Below are positions 38,601 through 49,886 of a stretch of 64,000 nt of DNA, one piece after another; the first letter of the stretch is position 1; each line of letters begins with the position of its first letter. The DNA comes from Phoronis australis. Its lineage: Eukaryota; Animalia; Phoronida. The translations under genes were made by a program, and so were the position numbers. The notes beneath the pieces were generated by a model that saw only the letters and a program-made list of their open reading frames with translations, was not told where the DNA came from and made no database searches. Where the stretch lies: positions 62,001 to 126,000 of the forward strand of contig NMRA01000695.1 in the NCBI GenBank assembly GCA_002633005.1, written 5' to 3'.

Positions 38601-40938
38601 TCCAGTTAATAATAGTGTCCTATAATTCTTGTCTTACTCCGGAAGTGACGTTTACGGAATTCAGAATTTCCCGCCATATTGTTTACATATATTCTGACTG
38701 TATAAGCTGTCGGGTCAATCATTGTTCCACCTAGGTACAAGTTCGGTCATCGTTTGCGTTTGTTTAGGAGTCAGTCAACATGCCGCAGGTTGCTGCGTAC
38801 CGGGGTGTAATCATTGTGGTCTCACGAACACTTTGGGTATGAAAGATGACAAGCTCCGGCCGCCGTACCTAGCTCACTCGCGTGAAGAACGCAGCGTTAC
38901 CGTATACGCAACGCACAAAGCACTGGACAATTACCGAGTGTGTGGCAACGCCTGAAGAAGGGTGTCATACTGTCGGCAGTGCCCCGTCGCCACTCCCGAG
39001 AAGTGCATTTTACAGAGGCACAAATCCTCACAGTAAATTCGAACGCAGAAACAAAATGACGGGAATTCCAGAGTAATGCAAGACTAATTAATGAAACTAC
39101 AGAGAGACATAATTAACTGAAACATAGGTCTCGGATAATCGACGAACCGTAATTTTACTAAAAATGACATGAAAAAAGGTTGCCCCCCCTTTAAGATAGC
39201 TTACTTTTTGATAAATGTGCCAAACAGTTATCCAGTGTTGCTTACACGTATACAGGGTGATTCCCCGAAATAGGCCTCAAACTTTTATTAATATTTTTCT
39301 ATACTTGAGCTAGGGACCTGAGGTCCGTTCCAAGAAACTGACTTGAGTTCATTTTTGACTTATGTCTAAGATTTGTCTTAACTTCCATACTTTGAAACTT
39401 CCACGTCCGGTCAGATAATTAAAATTAAGATAAAACTTTTATCAAAAACTTAATTCAAAGTTGAGATCTCTTTCTTAAAACAGTCTCGAGACAAGTTTTA
39501 TCTTTAAATTTACTAAAATTTAAGATTTGTCTTAGCTAGGTCAGTTTTGTTGGAACGGGCCCCAGTGCTCGGTTGCATGAAACAGTCCCTAATAGGGCTC
39601 AGCTAAGTTCTCTAAATCTATTGCGAAAACTCATATTGCCTTTATATTGACATAGTTTCATTGCTGAGTCAATTTTTACCTTTGATATAAAAAGTCCAGT
39701 GTGAAATATCGAAAGTAAAGAAGGATATTTTCCTGCAACGTCCTTACTTTTAGGACTAAGTCCCTATTTATTGTCACTGAATTCATGTCATTAGTCAAAG
39801 AGAAGCTCATTAGAGGTGGCGTGATTGAAAAGAATTACACCTGTGAGTGAAGAAAGACACAAACACGCAGCAGATGCAGGGAACTTTGGTAAGTCCCAAT
39901 TTGGGACGTTTTATGCGACTGGGTACTGAAACTGCATACACCTGAAAATCCTATTGCTAACAAGCGGTGCACACAGCATCCTCTGTGCAAAAAAATCAAC
40001 GCCGCGCATCAGCGTGTTTTCGACAGTGTGTCAATTTCGCTGTGTGTTCCATAAAACTGGTCATGTTTTTTATTTGGAAAAGTGCATCGAGTTGTGCTTA
40101 AATGCTGACGGGAGACATTTCCAGCACCTACTGTAGAGGTGCTTATTTGTAAGACTTTGTCTCAATTGTCAGCTCACAGACATTTGTTCACGCCTCCGTA
40201 TGAGCGTTGAGAAATCTGCTCGATGCCTCCGAAAATTCGAAAACGTTCAATGTGTTTAAAAAATTGAAAGTCTATAAAATTTGAAGTTCCTACCTTTGTT
40301 GGAAAATATTAGAAAACGTTTGGGACCTATTTCGGGAGAATCGCTCTGTATAAGGTAAAGATACTTACCAAGGGCATCAAACTATATTGACTTAAAAATC
40401 CGACAATCAATGGTAACGGGCGTTTAAACAAGCCTTTTACCACCTTCAAGTCCAGACTACACCCGAATGCAATGGTGCCGGCTCCTACCATTATTATCAC
40501 GGAGGTACTAAACAACGTGTCAACAACAGAAGGGTTCCGTATTACGCCAATGAAATACTCGATAACCACGGGCTCTACTCCCGTTTCGTCTCGTAATGGC
40601 TGAAAAGTGCATCTGAGACCAGTCTTGTCCAGAAAAATTCCTTTGACTTGCAGTACAGTGTCATTACTTTGGATGTGTGAGGCATCGAGGATGAATGTTG
40701 TGTTGCCAAGAACATCAACGGACTCGGTGTTCAACGACTCCACGGTTAAATTTAAATTTCCATAGATTGCGTGGTCCCAGTTGGTATACAGGGTTATATT
40801 TTGAACAGAATTTTCAGTCAGACGCCGAATTTCACTTGGGTAAAATGTAACGTTGACTTCAACCACCTCGATCCCTTGGCTTACACACGCGAATGTCAAA
40901 CAAACTGCAACCACGCCCGAGACGCAAAACGTGTACAT
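32666..40938 (-). CDS. SLC10 family sodium/bile acid cotransporter-like, paralogue A (~469 aa)
   Basis: Exons 40938-40369, 35652-35481, 33333-32666 (phases 0, 1; intron 2 has a GC donor). Signal peptide plus extracellular N-domain; motifs GFLSQYSLMP, GSCPGGGASN, DGDIDLSITMT, GMLPLWL, FETGVQNTG. Confidence 0.9.
33597..33757. mobile_element. ~160-bp MITE (CAGTGGCGGATTTAG terminus)
   Basis: Reverse-complement homologue of 56910-57059; shares its terminal motif with 35702-36694. Confidence 0.7.
33902..35226 (+). mobile_element. Kolobok-type deletion derivative with decayed THAP/transposase N-terminus and ~315-bp inverted repeats
   Basis: TTAA TSD (33898-33901, 35227-35230), AGGCGAAGGC..GCCTTCGCCT ends; frameshifted THAP: PRCCCVPGC..RFPKD..YRVCGKHF..RLKKGTIPS; downstream KFIV..LFRRCQVCG..G..WEC..H..WDS Cys/His block. 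Confidence 0.8.
35702..36694 (-). mobile_element. 993-bp non-autonomous TIR element, 5-bp TSD (hAT5-like), uninterrupted copy
   Basis: Ends cataggcggatttag ... ctagatccgccactg; ggtgg duplicated (35697-35701, 36695-36699); reverse-complement match to 46770-47467 plus 48944-49205. Confidence 0.85.
38533..39190 (+). mobile_element. Second Kolobok-type derivative (658 bp) with THAP relic
   Basis: TTAA both sides, AGG..CCT ends, ~100-bp imperfect TIR; 38640-39010 aligns with 34020-34490 (YRVCG, cctgaagaagggt) and retains caacATG. Confidence 0.75.
39321..39562. mobile_element. PIF/Harbinger-like MITE
   Basis: TIR aggtccgttccaagaaactgac / gtcagttttgttggaacgggccc; CWG flanks (ctg / cag); related inverted copy at ~42950-43187. 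Confidence 0.65.
39566..39925. mobile_element. PIF/Harbinger-like MITE abutting the previous one
   Basis: TIR tgctcggttgcatgaaa / ttttatgcgactgggta; flanks cag / ctg. Confidence 0.55.
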
Positions 40939-42949
40939 CGCCGCAGTTTCACGTGTAGCGAGACCTGCTGACTAACAATCTACATGTACCCGTCTCGCCT
41001 AGGCTATATATACGACTCCTTAGTGGGACAACGTGATTCAGTCACGATTATTCTTCACCATGGTGATTGTCTCCTACAGTGTACCTTTGTCACGCCTGTT
41101 TACCAATTATCATATAGAGTTTCGCAATCATCCACAACCCATAAAAACATGTACCAAAAAACACTTAACCAATCAACAAACGTTTCTGCCTGCCTGAAAC
41201 CCGTCTCCTACTAAGATGACGTTGGCTTAAGTACACATGACTCACTTTCAAGACCATACCACTGGGTAATCTAGGAGTCATCTAAAAAGTCGGTGCAAAC
41301 TTAGTGTAGCCATTCACTGTGCACGCTTATGCTCATAGTGTATGTTCTTTATATTTTTAGTTTGTCCAGGCCAAAAGCCAAGCGATTTTCAGTCAACTTT
41401 AAAATGTTCGGTCTATTACACAATGTGATTCTCCTGCAATAAGCCTCAAACTAATGCCAGTATTTGTCCACTTGAGCAAGCTAGGTACCCGACTCTGCAA
41501 AAACTCGCACACAACTCTGTTGCGAATAAACCCTGCAGCACGCGCTACGAAAACATCATTTAAACGCCGATTAGCGTTCTTTCGTTAGTGTATGATTTGG
41601 CGATCGACCAATGTATTCCGTACACAGCAGTGCACATTTTCAATTTAGAACGGCGCATCGAGTTGTGCTTAGGTTATGCTTATATAGGGGATATTTCCAG
41701 CACCGACAGTAAAAGTGCTTCAGTAACTGAATTCTTTGTTGTAAGTTTTGTCTCAATTGGACGTGTCAGGCCCGTCAACTGGGCCATCTTTACCGACACG
41801 CCTCCTCGAGCATCTAGAAAAGCGTGGAAATTAAAAAGAAACCTTCAACATCAGGATGAGCTTAATCTGGAGCATTTGTGGTTCCTATCACTTCTAAAAC
41901 TATTAGCAAAAGTTTGGAGCCCGTTTCGGGAGCACCCCTACAATAATTGTGAACGCTAGGCAAACTCAAGTTCTGCTTCTCATCTTGAGCTAAATCCAGC
42001 AAGTCCTTGACTTTCACCGAGATCGGATTAAGTCAAAGTTTATCGTTCAATCAATGTATCTCATAGTCCTACTTTTTGACCCGAAAGCACTCCGAGGGCA
42101 GCCAGTACCAAAGTTTCAGAAAAGGACTTTGAAACGGTGCCATTGGCTGTGTGGAGGGACCTCAAGCCCCGCCCTTATAAATTGTGTGCGTTCAAACGTT
42201 ACCCAACTAAGAAAGAAATTTCCCAAAGCTGAAGCCAAGTAAACTTAATCTTCCACTTTATATTTGCCCTATTCTGGAGGTCATGACCTCATGCTGCATT
42301 TTCGCCTCGGTCAGGACGGATTTTAAGCCCGCAGTAGGAGTAATTTTGGCACTGCATCTTTCTAGTACACCAATAGATAAAGTGAAATTCATAAAAATAC
42401 CCCTTCCGTCACGGTCCAGCACAATCAGATGCCTGCTCAGTAAACCGGCACAAAACGTGCGTACGTGATCAGCCTAGGGCAAAAATTTGACCACACTTTA
42501 TCAGTGACCCTTTTTCGTGATATTTTGTTGTAACTCAGGCCCAAGTTTCTGGTGGCTGCCCTACTCTCCCCCCTTCCCGTCCCAGGGACAACACGCGTAG
42601 ATTACTGACTCCGAGTCAGCGCAAATGTTGCAGCGGCCCGTCAAAAACATTTTCTACCGTAAGCAAACTTTGATGAAATAGACATGAGTCGACTCTTAAT
42701 CTACATGTACATCGAGTATTTACATGTAGGTAGTTGATAAAACAAAAGCAAGGTCAGTCTGCGTTTAGGTACATAGGTTGAGTGATTGTTTAAAAGTGTT
42801 CAATTTTGGGCGAAAACTTCACGTATTTCGGAAACAGGAGCATCGACCAGGCGTGCATATCCTTGTACTGTACGATTGCTTCATAATACGTCAAGTTTAA
42901 AGTAAATTAACACGTATTTGCATATATTTTGCATAGACAGTCACGTAGG

Positions 42950-43187
42950 CCTGGAGCTCGTCAGAAAAACTGACGTAGAAAAGACAAATCTTAATTTTCA
43001 GTTAATTTCAAGATAAAACTTAAATTTGTCTTACCCCCATTTCAAGAATCTTAAGTTTGACTGAAGTTTTGTCTTAATTTTAACTATCTTACCGGATGAG
43101 GAAGTTTCAAAGTTAGGAGGTTGAGACAAATCTAGACTGACTTAAGTCAAAAATTAAATTAAGTCAGCTTCTTTGAATGGGCCCCTG
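42950..43187. mobile_element. Harbinger-like MITE, homologue of 39321-39562
   Basis: Reverse-complement similarity (agacaaatctta, ggaagtttcaaagt, taagtcaaaaat); ends in gggcccctg. Confidence 0.6.
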
Positions 43188-43299
43188 ACTGACACTTTTC
43201 CAAAACCAAAACTAAACCTGTTGCCCAACAACTACAGAACAAACATATATTATTATTATGCCATACTTTAAAGTTGCATTCGAGGCCAGTGGCCCAAAG

Positions 43300-44700
43300 T
43301 ACAATAACAAAACTTCTATACGCCCACGACTGCACCGAAAACTGTGTGCTTCTAAGGGACGGTGTTTATTTCTATGATAAAAATGGCCATTAGATGGTCC
43401 AGAATACCTTGACCCCATCCAAAAATGGAATGGTGTCGCTGTCTCTCAAAATTATTTGTCAAACTTTGTAAAAATCCTAAATCCAAAGATACAAAGGCAA
43501 ACGTAAAAAACAAACTGCCATTAGGAACCACAGCAATAGCCGAATCCATCCACCTGGTGTCAAGTTAATAGGAAAACAATTGCAAAATTTCAAATTTTGC
43601 CAGGGGTTCAGGAGATACAGCCATAGATAAGAAAAATTTCACTAGGCGGTGCCACAGTAGTTAGATCCATTTGAAAATCCACTTCAGTCATGCTCTTGTC
43701 AGTAGAAACACATCTGCTAATTTTAATGATCCTCTACGAGGTTTTTCAGATAGAGACGCAAACGACTAGAATCAGACTAAAATATAATTTAAAGAAACTA
43801 CTAGTTGGTGTAGAATACGTCGAGTTCATCACAAAAGGAAAGCTGATGTCGCCTTCATAACAGAAAGTTTTCAAGTTGAAAAAGGATCAAGGAACTATGA
43901 AGTTACAGAGGCGGATGTAAAAAATAAAATTGCCACTAGGGAGTGCAGTTGTAGTTGGTTTGGCCTGAAACTTGCCGTTATCAGTTGCCATCTCCATAGG
44001 AATACATCTGCTAAATTTCAGAGACATCTTGCAAAAGGTTAAAGGAGATACAGCCGTAGTCGCGAAAAATAGAACTACCCCTAGGGAAGCCAGAGCAGTT
44101 TTGAAGACGTCCGAAATACAACGCAAGCCTCTGTCTTCCTATCCGAACACATCTCCAAATTTTAATAATGCTCCTTCAAGCAGTTTGGTGGATGGAAAGG
44201 GCGATTTCAAAAACATACTAAAATTTTTAAAATGGCCAACGAGTTGCAGAGAATACATCTAATCCCCCACAAATGAGAAGGCGTCGTTTTCACAGAAGAA
44301 ACATTAACACCACAATTCAAAATCATCCTTAGGTTGTTTGATTGATTGAGGGGCGGACACAAAACACTGACTAGTCAACAGTAAAAAGGCCACTAGATGT
44401 CGCAAAATACATCAAATCAATCCGAAAACAAGAACAAGTCATTGATTCTTTAATAGAAAGCTATTTACCAAGTTTCATAACAATCCGTCAAGGAACAAAG
44501 CTGCCACTACTAAGGAGGAGCAGCATTTGTCGGATCCGTTTGAAAGTCGTAGTCGCCCGTTGTCAACTTTATATAAATACACCTGCAGAGGGTTCAGGAG
44601 ATACAACCAGGGCAGGCAATAATCATGAAGACGATTTAACAAACTCTATAATTCCCAGCAGATTCAGCACACACAATAACATACCATCTGCATAGGATAG
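43300..44700 (-). mobile_element. HINE/DINE-like repeat-array element, second copy
   Basis: Starts tatacgcccacgactgcaccg (cf. 52328) and aligns unit by unit with 52330 onward; right boundary approximate. Confidence 0.7.
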
Positions 44701-44832
44701 AGCAGAGTAGAAATTTCCGAGACACTCTCAGTTACAAATACAAATTCACTGTTATTACAATCTTTAACGCACTCTAGAAACTCGTTAAGATACATAGTGA
44801 ACAAAAAAGGACTAACTGTACAACCATGTACA

Positions 44833-44985
44833 GCCTCCCGTTCAGTAACGCTGCGACATCGCTAAAAAGCAAGACTTCGTGAGATTACCTGAGATATGGC
44901 CGTGTATTTTCAGTGAGAACACGTGACTTTGACTAGATTTTAGCTAGGTCCTAGCGTACGTCCTAGCGTTACTGAACGCACGCCA
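44833..44985. mobile_element. ~150-bp MITE
   Basis: gcctcccgttcagta ... tactgaacgcacgcc; near-identical second copy at 46545-46697. Confidence 0.7.
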
Positions 44986-46544
44986 GGTCTCCTAGGTGAC
45001 AGAGGATGCAATCAGAATTTTCCGGTTCCGGTTCATTTGATCAAGAAAACACCGGAAGCGGGTTTAAAACCTTTAATTTTGTATTATTTACACTCCGCTT
45101 AGCCATGAAATACATCTAGCTACCGTATACTAGCGTAGGCAGAGCCTCTGTCGGCAAGAACTGTTGCTGACTATAAAACCCAGTTCTGCCACAAGCGAAT
45201 CATTGAAGATTCCATTGGATAGAACGTGATTTAATTCAGTCCAATTAGGTCACCTTCCACTTTTTACAGAAGCGGGTATACTATACAAACACACACACGT
45301 TTTGGTTTAAACAAAATGCAAAGATGAGAGAAAAAAATCTACAATTCCATATCTAAACGGTACATGTACATCTCCGTTTCTCTGCGTGGACTAGGAGCTT
45401 GGCAACATTGGTAATAAATTAATATCTTGTGAACTCATCAAGCGACCAAAACGAGTGGTACATCTATTACATATGTTACAACCGGAATGCTAAATGGTGG
45501 TAGAAAATCTACATGCAAAGGGCATATTAACAAGAAATGGCTACCACTCTCAATATCTCTCATCTCACTTTTGCGATATTGTAACGATACATAACTGGTT
45601 CTCGGATGGTTTCCGGCACACCAAAAGACCCGAGGTTGTTTGCAAACTGGTACTTTATTTGCATATCCACAATTTAATGAGACATAGCATCTTTAAGCGA
45701 ATGTTTTATCTTTGTTAATAACCTATGTGCCCCCCTAGTCATTCTTCCTAATTCACCTATGGCTGCAACGTTGGGTGCCGTGCTTCCCTAAATGCAACAC
45801 AAATTTACAAACTTTATTACGCATAACATCATATTTCTACTCCATAGAGAACAATAGGTACTATCATAGAATCAAATAATTTGCGCCACATCTCAGCTGG
45901 TATTTCAATAATTTTTGACATATACGTTTTCAGACGAAACACACAAGTGCTTTCGATGCTTTTTTTCCTTAACGTTTTGGGCATATCTCTTTAGGTGTAA
46001 ATTTGATACAAAGGTATTTATATTCTGATGTGACTTCATTAAAATGTCTTAAGAAACCACTTTTTGTGAAGTCTAAATACAATAATCTTTGCCGATTTGA
46101 CAAAAGTGAATTGGCTAAATTAATGCATTTCGAGATTCCCGAATTTTCATCTAACGTACACGTCAGGAGGAATTTCACTGAAGCCCCAATATCTAAATAT
46201 TGTTTGCATGTCCTTCCAACAGGGAGTAACTACAGTTGCGACACCCGATTTGCAAATCGTAACCTTGTCATCTTATCGGAATTCCGGCATTGTTTGGTTA
46301 GCGCGTGTTTGGTTGGTATAGCATGCGCACACACAGGAGGGGGGAGGGCTCGAAGGAGCCCCGCATGTGGCGAAGTGGGCAAAAAGGTCCGCCCCCGAAA
46401 GACAAAATGTCCGAGGAAATGGGACAAAAGTCCAGTAAATAAGCACAAACGCGCAATTCACAGTGGTGTACCCGTTTTTGTTTTTTTAGTCCGCCCGGTC
46501 TTTTGTTAGCAAAAAGGTCCATAACGTCAGGAATTTTGAAGACT

Positions 46545-46697
46545 GCCTCCCGTTCAGTAACGCTAGGACCTCGCTAAAAAGAAAGACTTCGCGAGATTAC
46601 GTGGGATATTGCCGTGCATTCTAAATGAGAACACGTGACTTTGACTAGGTTTTAGCTAGGTCCTAGCGTAGGTCCTAGCGTCTACTGAACGCACGCC
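46545..46697. mobile_element. ~150-bp MITE (copy of 44833-44985)
   Basis: Direct alignment; internal gctaggacct / aggtcctagc inverted motifs. Confidence 0.7.
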
Positions 46698-47467
46698 AGG
46701 GTTCGCGCATGTATAGTGTTTTGCAGACGATAAAATGTAAGGCGTATGGATTTCTACTTTGCACTACTACAGTGGCGGATCTAGGATATCACAAGGGGGA
46801 GCCCAACATTTTGCCCGGCTGGAAGCATTTGCGCAAACTGAACCACGATTGTAGATGCGCATAGCACCGAATGGGGGAAGGTCGGGAGGGGGGCAAACCC
46901 CCCTCCCGCCCAGGAAATTTTTCTGTTTTTACCTCTAAAAATCAAGCATTTTCCTTGATTCCTGAAGTATTATCCAAGAAAAAAAAGGCAAAAAAACGAG
47001 AACGTGTCAAACAGGAAAAACTGCAAATACCAAGGACTAGAACTCACGACTGGCGGATAGAGCGCACGTGCGTTACCACTACACCATCACGATTTAACTA
47101 CTAATCTCCTACTAAAAGACCTACTTGTTTATGGGCCACAGCGTTTGCGCGCGAAACTTACTTCTTTTTGTAATGCTTATTACACGTTTTATATTTTGTG
47201 CCATCATTTCTTAACAAATTTATCGTATTTGAAATAGTCTTCAAATGCCCAAAAGACCAAATCCATTTTTCGTGTTGGCAATAATGACGGGATTGCTTTG
47301 GAAATCGTCTTAAGATAAGGTTTGACAAAGAGAGTATTGCGAGTTTCTGAGTGATTCACTAAGGCTTCGATTAAAATTCACTTTTTACCAGCAGCTTCTG
47401 TTTTTTCATCGTCACTCAGGTTCCATTTTCTTTAAAAAATGAAGTAAATTTTCTTCATTACACAGTG

Positions 47468-48943
47468 TACACTCTATCACAGTGCTAAACGAAAGTTAGC
47501 ACTGTAGAATGTTGTTTAATATGGCCTCCCAGTGGTTAAAGTAATGGAACTGACGTCATAACATTCAGTCATTCCCATTGGTTGAAAGTTGGGAAACCCC
47601 TTTCAGTTTACAAATTACGAAGTGTGGCGACCACGGATTTAAGTAGTTGCATTTTATTAAAACGGACAGTGGTGGAAGTGAATAAGACCAAGAAAACCCC
47701 GATACAGTGGCTTAAGCCGAAACAAATCCGATGTATAAAGGTGTGTGCCAGTGGTGGCGATGTGGTCGGTATATTGCCGACGGGATACGGCAAAACATTG
47801 ATTATGGAAGTACTGCCTGTCTACGCGGACTTGCTTGCAGCTCGGGGACAATTTGAGAAGTCTGTGTGTCTAGTAATCAGCCCGCTGAATGCCATTCTGG
47901 CCCAACAGAGAGATACGTTTGGTAGGGAAGCTCTACTTCTTTCTTTTGGTGAAGAAGGTAAGCTCGTGAACACTAACTTTGTTTTCATAATTATATGAGA
48001 TCACGTAATGGCTCTATTAGTCGATCACAATGGCCAACATAGTACGTCTAACACCCTTATCTGGTTTGGCAAGGGGGGCCAGCAGGAGGTGATAACAATC
48101 ATACTTGCTAAAATCAAGCCTCACGAACTCTAACACGGCTAAAAATTGATCACAATACCGAATCTGAAAGCCATTTAACAAAGAATGTATTAGGTTACTA
48201 TACATGCGAATGTCAGACCTATGGTGCCCATTGGTGGTCTTGTGTAGTCCAACTTAGAAAATGCATCCATGAAAACTGCCAAAAAGAGGGGTGCGATCAA
48301 AATGGCAGATTTATAGAAAATAGTGTCAGTGTATGCCAATCTCTATTCTTGATACTTTTTTGTTCCAGAAGTGCATACAGAGCCTGAAGGGGAGTCGACA
48401 AACAGCGAAGATAGTGAGGATGACAGCTGTGCTGGTCGTTCAAGTGACTTATACCGATATGTACTTGGTCATCCGGAACAATTTGTGTCTTTTCCTAAAC
48501 GTATCCTGGCAGCCGAATGGTGTAAACGCGTAAGATTTGTAGTTGTTGACGAAGCTCATTGCATCGTGAGTTGGGGCGACAATTTCCGCCCCAAATTTCA
48601 GGAACTGAGGAAGCTGCGGGCCATGTTCACACAGGCAGTTTTTTGTGCCTTAACTGCCACAGCGACTGCAAGAACGGTGAAAGACATTTCTTATCATCTC
48701 CAATTGAAAGACCCAGCAGTTATTATGTCTTCAATTGACAGGCCCAACATAAAATATATTGTGAAGACTAGCCCAGCATACAAATGTAAGCTGACTTTAC
48801 ATCATCTTGCCCAGCAACTGCATTTTGTTTTTTCCTTTCTATAATGAATAATCTTGCCATGCCATCTAAGAAGCTCTTCTGTATTTACTCTTTCCTAATA
48901 ACCTAAATATATTGCAGTATAGGTGGCGCTGTGTCAAAGGGTA
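47468..48943 (+). mobile_element. AcademH-like DNA transposon derivative carrying a RecQ-type helicase fragment
   Basis: Perfect 9-bp TSD tacacagtg (47459-47467, 48944-48952); the empty site has one copy (~36000-36008, minus strand); TA..TA ends with imperfect TIR tacactctatcacagtgc / gcgctgtgtcaaagggta (13 of 18). Confidence 0.8.
47582..48785 (+). pseudogene. RecQ-family SF2 helicase, N-terminal RecA lobe only, 2 exons, transposon-borne
   Basis: Exons ~47582-47957 and 48369-48785 join in frame across a GT-AG intron. Motifs LKPKQ, LPTGYGKT, VISPLNAI, VVDEAHC, WGDNFRPKF, LTATA, DRPNI. No upstream in-frame ATG; motifs IV-VI absent. Confidence 0.85.
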
Positions 48944-49886
48944 TACACAGTGGAGCAGACGACGGAAGCGGAGTCGTAGTGCGCAGCGCCACTGCCGGTC
49001 GCCTGGGATATCGCGGGAGAGCCTACACTTAGCCATAGTTCCGTTACGAATGCGCCGTGTTCCTAATTTAACACTTGAAATTGGATTTGAGCCCCCCCCC
49101 CAAANTTAATTAATAAACTCATCATTTCCCTACGCTCTTACCGTTTTATTTTTTTTTGGCGGCAGCCAAGGGGGGGGCCCTGGGCCCCCCCTAAATCCGC
49201 CTATGTACTATGTGATTCGCCCATGTAATATCAAAAAATTACGTACTCGCTGTTTTTAATCAGTCGTGTCGTAACACACTCCAGGTCATGTGAGAAAAGT
49301 GATAACGTCACTGGCCACAATTTCAGGGAGTTATGGCTTTAGTGAACGTCAATAACTCCAAGAAATCTATCCCATCCAACAAATCCCCAAAATGCATTTT
49401 CGGTCGTAAAACTAACTGTACCGAAAAGAACCCGTGCAGCACATCGCCGTGTCCACTGACAAAGAAGTTCGCAGTGTCCAAGTGGTTTCTGCGAGGAGTT
49501 CGATAGTATCGAACATGGCTGGCGCGTACACGAATAACGTGAGAGATTTGAATGCACTGGGATATTTTGCGTCTAATTTATTGACAACGTAATAACGACG
49601 AGGTTCACGATGGTAAATAATAATGATAGTATCGTGTATCATTAATACGCTGCTTATCATATCCTTTAGGACACGAAAACACGTGAGATTATCTTTGATT
49701 TATCGTGTAAAGAACTTTGACCAACCTTGTTACACGACACTCTAAGACGATACAGGTTGCGCTTAGACATTAAGATTTTTGTCTAGCTAAAAAGGTTAAG
49801 TATAATTACCTGCTTTGCTCAAATATGTGCTGACAAATCCACCTGCATCGATAAAGAAACACAAAGACCTCGACACAGGTGCCAGG

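Larger units (their letters stand above)
46770..49205 (+). mobile_element. hAT5-like non-autonomous element split by a 1476-bp insertion
   Basis: cagtggcggatctag ... ctaaatccgcctatg; tacta duplicated (46765-46769, 49206-49210); homologous to 35702-36694. Confidence 0.85.

Noticed and set aside
46003-46509. 168-aa ORF
   Set aside because: No recognisable domain, non-ATG start, runs through repeat-like sequence.
47582-48844. Cellular RecQ gene (RECQL/BLM/WRN)
   Set aside because: Half a helicase, no start codon, enclosed by TIRs and a 9-bp TSD.
35702-49205. Inversion mediated by the two inverted ~1-kb elements as the origin of the head-to-head SLC10 arrangement
   Set aside because: Each copy keeps its own matched TSD (ggtgg; tacta), so no exchange occurred, and the paralogues are far more diverged than the elements.
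49815-49886. N-terminal extension of SLC10-B suggested by the ORF track
   Set aside because: Starts at TTG; ATG 49887 directly precedes a signal peptide and matches paralogue A in length.
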